DNA of 64,000 bases from Felis catus (Eukaryota), in the NCBI RefSeq assembly GCF_018350175.1, contig NC_058369.1, positions 19,532,001-19,596,000 on the forward strand. The letters are read 5' to 3'. Positions 1 to 12,341 of the stretch are shown piece after piece. Numbering within the stretch: the stretch's first letter is position 1; every line of letters starts with the position of its first letter. The position numbers and the translations under genes are program-made. The notes beneath the pieces are model-generated. The model did no database searches, was not told the origin of the DNA, and worked only from the letters and a program-made list of their open reading frames with translations.

Positions 1-63
1 ACTGTGAGATCATGACCTGAGTCAAAGTCAGACGCTTAACTGACTGAGACACCCAGGTACCTC
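1..63 (-). mobile_element. CanSINE (SINEC-type) 5' portion, truncated by the window edge
   Basis: Reverse complement reads GAGGTACCTGGGTGTCTCAGTCAGTTAAGCGTCTGACTTTGACTCAGGTCATGATCTCACAGT, the tRNA-derived head of carnivore SINEs. Confidence 0.85.
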
Positions 64-1120
64 GCCCCTAAACCCTTTCCTGACACCACCCTGTACCTGG
101 ACCCTGGGCCATTGACTGCTGCCAATCCCTGCCCTAAACCCTTGGCTGTCTCCTCATGACTTAAGTATGGTCACTGTGTCCTGAAGAGTCCAGGTCTGAA
201 GAGGTGGGAGGGGGGTGGTGATGGCTGTGGGAAAGGCCCTGTGTGGACCCCTTTCAAAGCCCCATCAGTGCTCTGAGTAAGCTTCCATCAGAACAAAGTG
301 TTCCACTGCTGACAGGCTTTGAGAGCTGCTTTAACCTTTTCAGGCCAGCATGTCCTTCCCTGTTCACCTTCGGATTCTTTTGTCCACCGCCCTGGACTGC
401 AGCTTTCTCGCAGGACTCTCTATTCCCTAAACATACCTCCTTCCCTTTGCCCAGGCAGTGTCTCCCATCAGGAATGCCTTGCCCACCACTGCCATCGAAA
501 TGATCCCTCCCCTCCCTTCAAGCTCCAACATAGATGCTGCCTCCTCCAGAACACCCGCCCTGATCCCTCTGTCCTCCCTCCCTCCTACATACCATGCTCC
601 TAGCCCAAACTTCTGCCAGCACTGATGACATTCTGCCCCATGCATTTGGAAACCTTCCTGTCTCCCTCATCTCTCTAGGGCCCCATGTGGGTCTGGCATA
701 CCCTAAGGTCAGTAATGTCCACTCATAAACCAACAATGTGTGTATTTTCTAGAGTGGAGCTGGAACTTCCTGTGTGGCTCTTGTCTGATCTGACAGCAGC
801 TTTTGCATATTCTGGTCAATAGGGAGAGAAGAAGCTATGAGGGCCCAGCCTCCCACCCAAACTAGGCAGCTGTCCGAGTTAAGCCATGGCTACTAATGGG
901 CTCAAGTGCACCTGATCTGTGCACAGCGGCTGCGCCAGGAGTACAGGCTGTTCTTGGCGGCAACGGGGGCAGGTGCCAGGTTTCCTGGAGCTCTGGGCCC
1001 TGGCCAGCCCCCACCCAGAGTCTTGGCCAGAACAGCGGCCTGATCCCCTGTCAGGACTCCTCAGTCCTGGACGAGGCTTCTGGATGGGGCTTGGGATTGG
1101 CAAAGCAACCCTACCCCTCC

Positions 1121-1700
1121 TGTGGCAGACAGAAAAATGGCCCCTAAGATGTCTGTGTCCTAATCCCCCAAACCTGTGAATGTGTTACCTCATATGGCAA
1201 AAGGAACTGCAGGTGTGATTAAGTTAAGGATCTTGAAATGGAAGGATTATCCTGGATTATTCAGATGAGTTCAGTGTGATCAACAAGAGTCCTTATAAGA
1301 TGGGGGTGGGGAAGGAGATTCGAGGGAAGCAGAGGTCACAGGGAGACAGTGTGCTGGAGAAAAGGGCCATGAGCCAAGGAATGCAGACAGCCTCTAGACA
1401 CTGGCAAGGGCGAGGAAATACATTCTCCCCTAGAGCCTCAAGAAAGAATAGAATCCTGCCAGTGCCTTGATTTTCGCCTGGTGAAACTAATTTTGGACTT
1501 CTGACCTCCGGAGCTATAAAATGATAAATTTGTGTGGTTTTAAGCCACCAGATTTGTAGTAATATGTTACAGCAGCAGTAGGAAACTAGTACAGATTTTG
1601 CTACTTGAAGTGTTGCTGTCACAAATACCTAAAAATGGAAGTGGCTTTGGAAATGGGCAGGAGCTGGAGGAAATTTGAGGTGCATGATAGATTGCCTTGA
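1121..1700 (+). mobile_element. ERVL-MaLR MLT1 (MLT1D-like) LTR (1121-1593) plus start of the MLT1 internal sequence
   Basis: TG...CA termini; typical MLT1 motifs (GATGTCTGTGTCCTAATCCCC, TTTAAGCCACCAGATTTGTAGTAATATGTTACAGCAGCAGTAGGAAACTAGTACA) followed by the internal-type AATACCTAAAAATGGAAGTGGCTTTGGAA. Confidence 0.8.
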
Positions 1701-4700
1701 ATACCTCTGCTCTGAGAAGGGGGGTGGCTGAGGTGGGGATGGGGAACACCCCTCCATCTGGAGACCTGAGCTGCCCAGGCTCTCTATCCACAGGTCTAAT
1801 GTGGTAGAGAAGACTGGAAGACTGCTCGGGGTGGGCCCTGGAGAGGCTGGCCTGGCACCAGGGACAGCTATGGAATAGGACTGTGATCAGGGGAAAGGAG
1901 GCAAGGCTGGCTTCCATGGCCCATCTCTGTGGCATGGGGGCCTTCAGAGAGGCCTTCAGGCCTTCAGAGAGGATGTCAGGGACTGGATCCAGCACCTCTT
2001 GAGTATATGAAGATGAGCAGGGGCCCTGCACTCTGGGTTGCCAGTACCACATCTGTGAAATGGGCACAAGAGTGCCTGACTTCAAGCTGATGGATCTGAA
2101 CCCTCTGTGTGAGTTGTGAAGGGTTTGTCTCCTTCCAGTCATCAGCCAGTGCCCAGCTCCTGCTTCGGGTCTGGACTGGGCTTTGTGGCTCAGATAAAAT
2201 TGAGTCATTCCTGGGATTCTTGGCCTGTGATAACCAAACCTGAAATGGCCAGCTAGAGTCCTTGATCCTGTCCCTGTTCAGGCTGGCCAAGTCCTGGGGC
2301 TGTTGAAGCCATGGTCCCATCTGAGGAGCCACAAGGAGAGCTACTGGGAGTCCAGGCATGGGCTGATGTGCCTCATGGCAGGTCTGGGAATCTGGATTCT
2401 CCTAATATGCTTTCGATGAAGCCAAGAGGGCCTGATCATATTGGGAGGGGTGGATTTTTAGCAAGACTAACGTCTACTCCTTGATCTCCCTCTTTCCAAA
2501 CAGTTCCAAGGAAGGGGCTTACTAGGGGTCACATAGCACTTACCTCCTGACTTGTTGTGCAGTGCTCTCCACCTCCATTGCTGCCAAGGGCCTGTGGTCA
2601 TTTACTTGGATGGTGTGGCTCTTTCATATGGCTCTTCAGGTAGCTCCTAAACAGAACTGACTTCAACCATTGCTGAGGGGTTGGGTGGAGGAGATGTCCG
2701 GGACAATGGGACCCATGACTCTGACTAGAGCCTGGAGCCACCCTAAATTGGAGAGTGGGATGTTAAGGATAGTCAGCTCAAGAGTGTGGGATGCCATCAG
2801 ACGTGCCAGAAGCAGTGTTGGACAATGGACAAGGGCGTCAGGAGATCCAGATGCGACCAGTGGTGGCATAGGTCAGAGACAGCCCTTGAGGTAAAATTGG
2901 GAAGACCACTCTCCCAGGCCCAGTAACCAGGCATCTCCACATGCCAGGTGCCAGGTGCTGCACATGCTGGCATAAATCCTGTCTGCACATCAGGAATGGC
3001 TTTCTTGGCCACTAGACAGGAGAAGAGACTAAGACTTAAGTTGCCCAACATCACACAACCAGGAAGCGGCCATGCTGGGGTTTGAACCAGTCCTCTGATG
3101 TCCCAGCTAGTGGGCGGGGACTTTGAGCAGGCCCCCTCTGGAGGCTGACTGCATCCCAGGGCCTCAGTTCCCTGAGAGGCTCAGATGCCTGGGGGTGGGG
3201 GGAGCGGCAGGGCTGACCTGAGTTTCCAGACAAAGGGGAAAGTGGCAAGTCAAACAGAAGCACCAGACGTGGAGCAAGCTTCCTTCCTTCCCAGGTGCCC
3301 AGCTTTCACACTCCGCAGCAGAGGAACCAGATGCAGAGCCCCTGCATGCGGGGGAGGGGAGGGCAGTGAGAGTGGCTGCTACTGAAAGGAGACTGATGTC
3401 CCCTGGACGTGGGGTGGGACTGATAGACATCAGACTCTGCTTCTCAGCTGACAAGTGGGTGGGAAGGTGAGTCCTACCTCAGCATAGGGGGTATGAAGCC
3501 TGCCTGGTGGCGGAGGCGTTTTAGGTCCCCAGGCCCGGGAGATCCTGGGAGGAGGCGCTGGGTGGATGTGCCTAAAGCCCTCCTTGAAGGCATTCCACAG
3601 CTCAAGAACTAACTACAGCTCCCTCTCTCTGCCTGCACAGAAGTGCGCCATCTCTTCCTCACTGTGCCCAGCCCTTTAGAGCCGTGGAGTTTGTTCTTTC
3701 AAAGCAAGCTTCAGGTGCAACTCCACCATGTAGTTTTACAAAGATAAAAGCAGTACCTTAAACATGAATGTATTTTTAAAGTTCAAATTCTCAACATTTT
3801 CTCAGCGTTAAGTCCATCAGGAGGACAGCAGTGAACACACGTTTGAACTGGGGGTTGGGATAGGAGTTGCAGTCTCAGGTCAGCTTTGGTGTCTAGCTTC
3901 TTTCAGGGTTTGATTTCAGTGGCACAGGACCAAGTGACCCCTGACTCCCACAAAGAGGTGGTTACAAGTGGTGGCAGTGTTTCTGAAGGCCACCTTGCAG
4001 TCTCTTTCATTCACAGGGACAGCAAGAGAAGCTTTATTTCAAGCTCAGCACAAACCCGGTTCTCTGGACACAAGGGGAGGAATCTAATGTGTCATAATTT
4101 GGTGGTGTGCCCATTTGAGTCTGTGCGTGGTTTTTAAAATTGGGCTCCTTATGATAGCTAAAAAAATGAAAAGAACAGAGAGGGAAAGCGAGAGGAAGGA
4201 AAGGAAAGGAGGAAGGGAAGAGAAGGGAATGAGGAAAGGGAAGGGAAGGGGGAGGAAACTCATGTGTGGCTCCTTTGGGTTCTTGGTGTCGGCAGCCTCT
4301 GCCTCCGCCTCTCCTGGGAAGCCCACCCTGGGCTGCTTTACCCCCACAACCTGGAGATTCCCAGTGCCTCCTTTCATTTAGTGTCTGTCTCAGCAGGTGA
4401 ATCTGGGCCACATGCTCCTGAAAAGTCTCAGGAGTCCACAATCCCCTCTCGGCTCCAATGTGGACCGATTCAATCCCTGATTCTGGGGTATGGAAGAAGG
4501 CACCAAGCAGGGAACAGGGACTGGGGGCTTCCCCCCAGGGTGTATGGTTGTGCCTGCACGGGTGGGAGGACTGGGGAACCCGGTGCCCCTGAAAGCCTGG
4601 GGTTTCTGTAGTTCTGGGTACCTTCATTTCTGAGAATTTGCTTTGGAAAGAGAGAAATGAGAAGCAAAACCCTAGGGCCCAGCACCACCCCCCCGCCTTC

Positions 4701-6879
4701 CTGCCTTCCTTCCGCTGAGTCACAGCCAAGAGCTCAGCACCTCAGCCTCCTCTTGGGGCCACTTGGGTGGGGTGGAATTCAGGGTCATGTGAGGATGCAG
4801 CATCTGGGACAAGTCTTCTTTTCCTGCCAACATCCTCTGTGAAGTTACTGAGGGCTGAGGCTACTTCCCAAGCTTGGGGAAGGGGTGGCTGAGGTCCTTA
4901 TCTGTCCTGTCTCTCCTCCCATTGTCAGGCCCATTGTTCACCCACAAGCACTGAGCACCAGCTGTAAATCAAGCCAGTGTTGGGGTGGTTCAGGCAGGAG
5001 GTCCTGTCACTGAGGAACTTGTGGACTTGGACAGGGACTTCTCCTGACAGACCCCCAGTGAGTGGTTGTGTCCTTAGGTTTGCTCTAGTCAGCAATGGGG
5101 AGCCACAGGAGGCCCTAGGCTCTGGGGAAACCAGGCCACATCACACACGCACCTGTTAGAGACTTGCACACCCCCACATAGGTGCCCCTGTATACAGGCA
5201 TGTGCACAGGTGTGGGACTTAAGCACTTGGGTCCATGTCCATGATCACAGGTGTCTGTGCAGGGCTCCCATGGTTGGAGGAGCTCTATGCTTCGGGAGCC
5301 AGGTCAGGACTTTGTGTGTGTTAGGGGGGTATCACCCCATCTGAGGCCCAACCACTGTCTCTGAGTCATGGGAGCCCATGGGAACTTGAGTACTATGCTC
5401 CCATTTCATGGGGGAAAAAAGCTGAAGTCTGGAGAGGCCCCCCCATCTCAGCCAGGCTCACACAGCAAGTTAGGGGAGATCTGAGAGGGGAGTGAGCCTG
5501 ACCTGGGTGCCTTGCCCACATTCCTGACCTCTTTGACCTGGCATTTGGGGCTTGACACCCCCCGATGACCACACTGCGTTAAACTCTGCGAGATAAGATT
5601 GGTGATTCTCCCAGCAAACTCACCTGAGGACCTACCACAGGGTCTTCCCAAGCTTTATGGACCATTCCCAGGGATTTCCCACATGCCACGTCTTTGGTTG
5701 GGCCATCCTAGATGCTTGGAATGCTGTCTCTTGCTCTCACTCTCAATCTTCCTCTCTCTCTCCCTCTCTATTAATCAAATGAAATCCAGCTTCCATATTC
5801 GACTTAAATGCTTACTCCATCTTTTCTGACCCCATGGAACTTTTCCTGTCTCTGGCCTCCTCTGAGCATCTCTTCCCCTTCCACCCACTGCTCACCCACC
5901 TACTAAACATAAAATTGATCTTTAGAGGCCAAGGCTGGCAGTGGAGGGTCCTTGAGTTAGAGACGGTGGGAGCCACATCCAGGCCAGCTCAGCCTTTCAG
6001 ACTTTGTCAGTCACTGGGGTGGGCCTGGAGCTAAGACAGGAGACAGCACTACCGGGTGCCACCACCTGCCCCCAGTCCTGCCCCTTCTCTGAAGCGGCAG
6101 CAAAGTCCTGCTGTGTCCTCCTAGGGCGGAGGAGACTGCAGCTGACAGAGAAGGCCTGTAGCACTGCGCTCGAGGCAAGATTGGCCCCTCAGAGTTTGTC
6201 ATTCCGGATTGTGTTTATTCCTTCACACCCCTGAGCACCCCTCAACTATGTGCCAGGTCTGTGCCTGTGTTTGGCAGGTGAAGGGTGAGGGCTGGACAAA
6301 GTGTAGAGAACCCTCAGGTTTGTTGGGTGCTGCTGTTTCATAAAATGGCCCCAGACTGAGTTCTCCGCTCCTTCACAGAGCTCTTCCCTTCCACCTGGTC
6401 TCAGGAAGGGGGCTTGGGGGCTGCCTTTGCCCCACGAGGCTCTAAGCCCCATCGCTACATGGCCATGCCCTCACCCCTAACAACTAAGAACTCTGTCCAG
6501 GGCTTTAGCTGCTGGCTTTGCTGTGTCTCAGGGAATGGACACAACCGACCTGCCCTCTGGAATGGCCAGCTTGTGTCCAGCCTCTAGTGCAGAGGGCCCA
6601 GCTTGGGGAAGGCCATCGGGATTTCACCTGTGCCCCTGGCTCAGGGCCCTGGAGAAAGTTTGGTGGCTTATGGGGGGCGGGGTAGGAGGGGAAAGCTCAC
6701 AGCTGAGGGGAAGGTGGTTTTCAGTTGCTCATGCCTCATTTCCTCCCCTGGCTATCCCAGACCCATGCCCCTAATGAAAAGTCAGCTTTGCTGCTTATCT
6801 ACTATACAGCTATACGGTGTTTGTTGTTGTTTATTATACAGGGAGATAGCCTAACTGGTTCTTGCTGGTGTACTGGAAA

Positions 6880-7210
6880 GCTGTTAATGTATGTGGTTTA
6901 TCCTATAACTGGCCACTTCTTGGTTTCTCTTAGATCTGTTGGTCGTTGCTTCCCTTGGATTTTCTATGCCGATATTTTACCACTGAAAATAATGATAAAT
7001 TTGTTTTTTTCCTTTCTAATATTTATAGCTCTTATTTTTTTTTTCCTTGTCTCATAGCTTGGCTAAGACCTTCAATATAATATTGAAAAATGGTGGTGGC
7101 TAGAGTACTTGTATCGTGTTTCCCACACATGGAGTGATACCTCTGGTGCCTCCCTACCAAGTGCACTTGCTTTGATTTTGGGTAGACAGCCTTTCTCTAG
7201 TTAAGGATGG
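6880..7210 (-). mobile_element. Old L1 (L1M) ORF2-region fragment
   Basis: T-rich segment with TTTTTCCTTTCTAAT...GGCTAAGACCTTCAATATAATATTGAA, characteristic of antisense L1M. Confidence 0.6.
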
Positions 7211-7549
7211 CTCAGTCTCATCCTGGCTGACTCTGTTTTGTTCATTTATTTTAGAAGCTTATTTATTTGCATTATTCATGTAATAAACCTTCAGTGAGTG
7301 TTGATTGTCAGGCCTACCCTTGGTACCAGAGTATGAAGGAAAAATGGACACAGATGCTGCCCATAAGGAGTTCATGGCCTGATGGAGGATAGAGGGACAT
7401 AAACAGGCCTTTATCCTTGGACCACATGGCATGCACTTGATGGTGGTCTGCTCAGCACTGTGCAGGGCACTGGGGATGGGCAGTATTCGGATAAGACCCT
7501 GCTCACACAGAACCCCTGGTGGGGTCACATCCTCTCCCACTGAAGTTCC

Positions 7550-8450
7550 CACACGGCAGTTGCAATGCTCAGCCTAAGGCTTTCTCTGATGCACAGCCCA
7601 GCTTGGTAAGTGCCTGAAAGGTCATCCCCCGGAGCAGCCCTAAACCAGTGAAGGTAGGAGTTGGTGGATATGCATCCCAGCTTTCCCACTCCTTGGGTGG
7701 AACAACCATGAGGTGTGTTCTATTTCATCTCTCAGCTTGAGGACTGAGCTTCGGTTGCCTGCAGAGGGAAACTGCTCATTAACACACCTGCCTAAGTTTC
7801 CTTTCTTTCCCTGTCTCGCTTCCCCTCTCCTCTATGTCAGAAACTGGGAAGGCTCTGTGATTTTGCCCCACTTGCAAGCTAACAAGTTAGCCCCTTATAT
7901 TCCCAAGGATGCTGGCAGAAGGCACAAGACTCGTGGTTCAGAAATAAAGATCAGTTTGTTACAGTAACAGTGGTAGACCCAGGATCAGCATTTTCTTGCA
8001 CCCCTCCTGTGAAGCTCAGTTTCCACAGGATGACCCAGTAAGTACCAGATGGTGCCTGCACATGCAGTGGTTTGCATTACAGGAGAGGAACCCTGGGGTC
8101 AGGGGGCCCAGATCTTTTATAATAGGCTGCAAGCAAACGTACCAACGTTGCCTCAGAGGGAGATACTATCTTTGTTATACTGGACAATAAACAAATCCTC
8201 CTTTTTCCCCTAGAGGGAGATACTATCTCTGTCTTCTAAGGCTGTTTGGTATAATAATCACCCTTGAAAGGATTGCTTGGAACAAGGGAGTCATTGAGCC
8301 TATGGGCAAGTATACAGAAATATATTTTCAGAGGACCATGGAGAATTGTCTCCCAACACCCTACCGGTGATTCTTGGCATCACCTCCCAAATAAGCTGTT
8401 TGTATTTGGATCCTTGTCTTAGGGCCTATTTCTAGGGGAAGCGCCCCCCA
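7550..8450 (+). mobile_element. ERVL LTR16-like LTR interrupted by an LTR40-like element
   Basis: LTR16-type body at about 7550-7834; LTR16-type 3' end CACCTCCCAAATAAGC...TCCTTGTCTTAGGG...TTCTAGGGGAA resumes at 8359. Confidence 0.55.
7835..8358 (-). mobile_element. LTR40-like solo LTR
   Basis: Minus strand starts TGTTGGGAGACAATTCTCCATGG and ends ...CTGACA; flanked by CTCTA/CCCTA (5-bp TSD, 1 mismatch). Confidence 0.7.
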
Positions 8451-9049
8451 CCCCCACCCCCTGTGCCTGAGACAGGGAGGTGACATTAAATGGGCATTAA
8501 TGGATTTCTGACGTGACTCTCCTTGCCCCAGACTAACCTGTCCTGAAAATGATGCAGGGGAGCACATGAAAGAAGAAGAAGTTTCCTCACCCAGAATCAA
8601 TATTGTTGTAACCCCTAGGGAGATGCTCTAAAGGGCTTATAGGGTTTTCTCTTTCATGTTTAAATATTTAACATTTATGATGGTTGGCTGCCTGTGTGAG
8701 GGAGACGTTGGACTTCCTTTTTTTCCCCCAAAGCTTTCCAATACCATCTATTGGAAGTTGTGCTTGATCTGTAACCATTCTCCTCTCATCTGCCTGGGGC
8801 CTGCTGTTTAGAACATATCACAAAAACAAAAACAATCAATTCACAATAAATGGATTAAAAAACACGTGGGCATCACCATCACTGGGATTTGACACTCAGT
8901 GCTGCCATAGTGTGAGACAGACCCAAACACCCACTCATGCCCCAGGGAAATTCAGGGAGGTTGCGACCCTGCCTCAGAGTTCACAGAGGATTTGAATGTG
9001 AATTGGGAAGGTTTATCTCTATAGAAATATAGAAATATTTAACAGTGAA

Positions 9050-9910
9050 TAAAAGTTTTAAAAAGTTAAAGTTTTAGTTTCAAATCTTTTTTTATTTAAA
9101 TGTTGACATCAGTTTGTTATAACTTATAATGTATATTTTGCCTTTTCATTTTTCTAATTTTGATTATTTTTAAAATAGCTTTTTGGAACATATTTTAAAT
9201 AATTTTCAATTTTTTAATATATTTAGTTTAATTTATATTTTTGTGCTCTTTGAATATATCACTTTAGTCTTTTAAATCATTACTGCCAAGAGGATAGAAA
9301 TTATATGAAAAATCTTGATTATAATAACATAACCAATAGTTTTAATGGAATAAAACAAGAACAGTGAATGTTACACAATAAATATATAATACTCTGTGAA
9401 TTAGGCATGTCTTTATTTCGTCTAACACCACTGAACACCTGGACGTGAGCGATAATCGTGAAACTCAATCATCTTTGATATCTGACTTTCTGATATTTTT
9501 TAAAAAATTTTTATAATGTTTATTTTTGAGAGAGAGATAGAGTGTGAGTGGGGGAGACACAAAGTCTGAAGCAGTCTCCAGGCTCTGAGCTGTCAGCACA
9601 GAGCTCAATGCAGTGCTCAAACTCATGAACCGTGAGATTATGTGACCTGAGCCGAAGTCGGACGCTCAACCAACTGAGCCACCCAGGTGCCTCTGACTTT
9701 CTGATATTTTTATGTGACTTCCAGACATAGAAAAACTACAGGTTTTCAGATTTTGTATTGTTACGAAAGTTTCTTTGTTGAGTAGGAGAATAGAACACAT
9801 TTTATTAGCAGTTTATAGCTTGATTTAGGATTTTTAAGTATTTAGATTCTGTAACATGGGCTTCCATTTGTCCTTTTGCCTAGAGCACTGCAAGCATCAG
9901 GGCCTGTGCT
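9050..9910. mobile_element. AT-rich hAT-Tip100 DNA transposon relic (Zaphod/MER115-like), interrupted by a CanSINE
   Basis: Strongly AT-rich block ending TTTTATTAGCAGTTTATAGCTTGATTT...TATTTAGA...GGGCTTCCATTTGTCCTTTTGCC, which resembles the recalled Zaphod/MER115 terminus; left boundary approximate. Confidence 0.5.
9501..9691 (-). mobile_element. CanSINE (SINEC_Fc2-like)
   Basis: SINE head, CT tract and A tail on the minus strand; perfect 20-bp TSD TCTGACTTTCTGATATTTTT at 9481-9500 and 9692-9711. Confidence 0.95.
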
Positions 9911-10361
9911 CCAGTGGGAAAAGCAAATGTGTCCTCGGGTCCCTCTTGCTGCAACAAGGGCCAGAGAAAGAGCACTGCTGGGGCTCATGTCTACATGGGC
10001 TCATGTTACGGGGAAGCGGAGGGGTGGGGTGGGATTAGGGAGGAAAAACCCCAAAGAGAAAGAAAGCTACACATATACTCCTAGCCACGATAAAGGTAAG
10101 TGATAACATCGTCTGTTTCTGGTTGTCCATTCTGTGCCTATTCCTGGGCTAGATGTTGAGTACTGCACAGGCCGTGCCAGACTTGGGCATCTCCTGATGC
10201 CCAGCAGACTTAGTGCTGAAATGGGGGGAGTCCCAGGAGACCCCTGCAGTCAGGTAGGGCTTCCTGGAGGCAAGGACCAGAGCTGAGGCCTCAGCACCCT
10301 CTCCCCCTCACCGAGGTCACTGCCTGCCCTCTGAGCCTCTCTCCCTGGAGTGGCCAGCAGG

Positions 10362-10446
10362 TTCCAGGAAGCGTCCCCTCACCCTGCAGTGCTGATTCCA
10401 AGAACTGCAGCTCCTGGCAGCACTAGCTCAGGATCCTTTCCTAGAA
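10362..10446. promoter_or_regulatory. Cluster of three STAT5-type GAS motifs (candidate downstream CISH enhancer)
   Basis: TTCCAGGAA 10362-10370, TTCCAAGAA 10396-10404, TTCCTAGAA 10438-10446. Confidence 0.6.
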
Positions 10447-11689
10447 CACAGGCCTCACCCCGCCCGGCTGCTGGAGTCTCATTGGGCAGCTGGTGGAGAT
10501 AATGGAGGAGGGGGTGCCCTGGGAGGAGGCTCTGTAGGAACCAGACATTGGGAGGGGGGCCCAGACTGTCAGCCCAGAGGGGGCCAGGAGGTCAATGAGT
10601 GTGAAGACGCTCTGACTCTCCCCCGCTTTCATTTGTTGGCTGTGGGGGGCGGGCTGGGGGGGCGGGGCGAGCCCAGTGAATTCAGCTCAGAGCCTCCCTG
10701 CACACACAGGAGCCTTGCTCCTTGGATCCAGAAATTCTGCTGGCTGCTGCAACTTCACCCTCCATATCCGATTTTCTGCCACCAGCTTGGCATTCTAGGG
10801 TTCCATTCCATGAGCGAATGGCACAGGCCTTACTCTGGCCTCATAGCAGGCCTTCATCAGATAACCTCCAGAGGGACAGGCCAGGGGACAGAAGCATCAG
10901 GTTCTAAGCAAAGAGTGAGGGATGGGACAGTCTTAGGGCCCTTGGAAGGACATGACATCATTAACATTATTAATCCTGTTATAATTTCACCTAGCGTGGT
11001 TAGGACAGAGGAAGTCACCCCACCCCATACCCCGGCAAATCAGGTCAGGTAGGTGGGGATCTGGGGTGACAGCCCCGGATTCATGGACAAGGACAGGGCC
11101 CAACTTCCCTCAAGGTCACTGGGCCTCTCCTCTGGGGCGAGTCCTCCACCCCCACCACCTCTGAGCTGGCAGCAGGCCTGCCTGCCCGCCTGGGACCTGC
11201 CAGATCACGTTGAGCAACCAGTTCCTGAGAAGCGTTGAAGGCTGTTTGGTTTAAAATTAACTCCCCCGCTCCTCCCTCCCCTGCCTGTGGGCCTCCTCTG
11301 AGTTCTTGGAAGAGGCGCTCTGCTCTTTCTTCCTGGGAAGAGGCCTCCAGCCGCAGCTATGCTGCGATTCTAGTGAAAACACCTCACTCAGGGTGGGGGT
11401 GGGGGAGTGCCCACACCACGCCTTCTCTGCACTCTGAAAGACCCAGGGATCCTCCTGGAGTCTAGCATGCCCCAGTTTGCCCACTAAGACCCAGAGGAGA
11501 AAGGGGGTGATTGTCAAGGTGCTGATAGGGTGCTACTGCCCCCAGAGCCCACAGCCCACAGCCCCCAATCAGGGACACGGTGCGCTGGCTCTCAGCAAAG
11601 AGGTAAAGGGCTATAGAGACACAGTCTGGGCACCTCTGGGGTAAGGAGATCACACACGCTGGCAGTGAACTCAGGACTTTTGCTTCTTT

Positions 11690-11904
11690 TTTTTTTTTTT
11701 TTAACGTTTATTTATTTTTGAGACAGAGAGAAACACAGCATGAATGGGGGAGGGGCAGAGAGAGAGGGAGACACAGAATCGGAAACAGGCTCCAGGCTCC
11801 GAGCCATCAGCCCAGAGCCTGACGCGGGGCTCGAACTCACGGACCGCGAGATCGTGACCTGGCTGAAGTCGGACGCTTAACCGACTGCGCCACCCAGGCG
11901 CCCC
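11690..11904 (-). mobile_element. Young felid CanSINE (SINEC_Fc)
   Basis: Near-consensus, CpG-rich head GGGGCGCCTGGGTGGCGCAGTCGGTTAAGCGTCCGACTTCAGCC; pure A tail; 16-bp TSD GGACTTTTGCTTCTTT at 11674-11689 and 11908-11923. Confidence 0.97.
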
Positions 11905-12294
11905 AATGGACTTTTGCTTCTTTGAGACGTATATGGATCAGAGAGATAAAGCAACCTGCACAGGGTCACCCAGCTTTACTGGCCAGGCTGACAACACTGA
12001 CCAGGCAATGGCAATAATGCCTAGGGGCAGGCCCCACATGCACCTACATTGGGGTTAGAGGGCTCTCTGAGAGGAGACCGTTGTCTCTCACCCACACTCC
12101 TCTAACTGCCCTGGGAACCCATTTTCTTCCCGATAGGCCTTCATCTTCCAGTGTCTCCTTGAGCTCCATGTCTCTGGTGCTTTGGAAAAAAAGGTTTTCT
12201 GAGAACCTGCTCTTCTAACAGCACCTCCTGCCACGGCCATCTACCCAAAAGAGCTGAGGAAAATAAAGGAATGTTGGCCAAGTGGAAAGGTCAA

Positions 12295-12341
12295 CACACG
12301 CGCACGTGCACGCACATGCACACACACACACACACACACAC
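12295..12341. repeat. Alternating purine-pyrimidine / (CA)n microsatellite
   Basis: CACACGCGCACGTGCACGCACATGCACACACACACACACACACACAC. Confidence 0.9.

Noticed and set aside
1567..2208. 213-aa minus-strand ORF
   Set aside because: Ends within MLT1 LTR/internal sequence; no recognisable domain or supporting exon structure
4034..4729. 231-aa minus-strand ORF
   Set aside because: Spans a purine-rich low-complexity tract; no protein-like features
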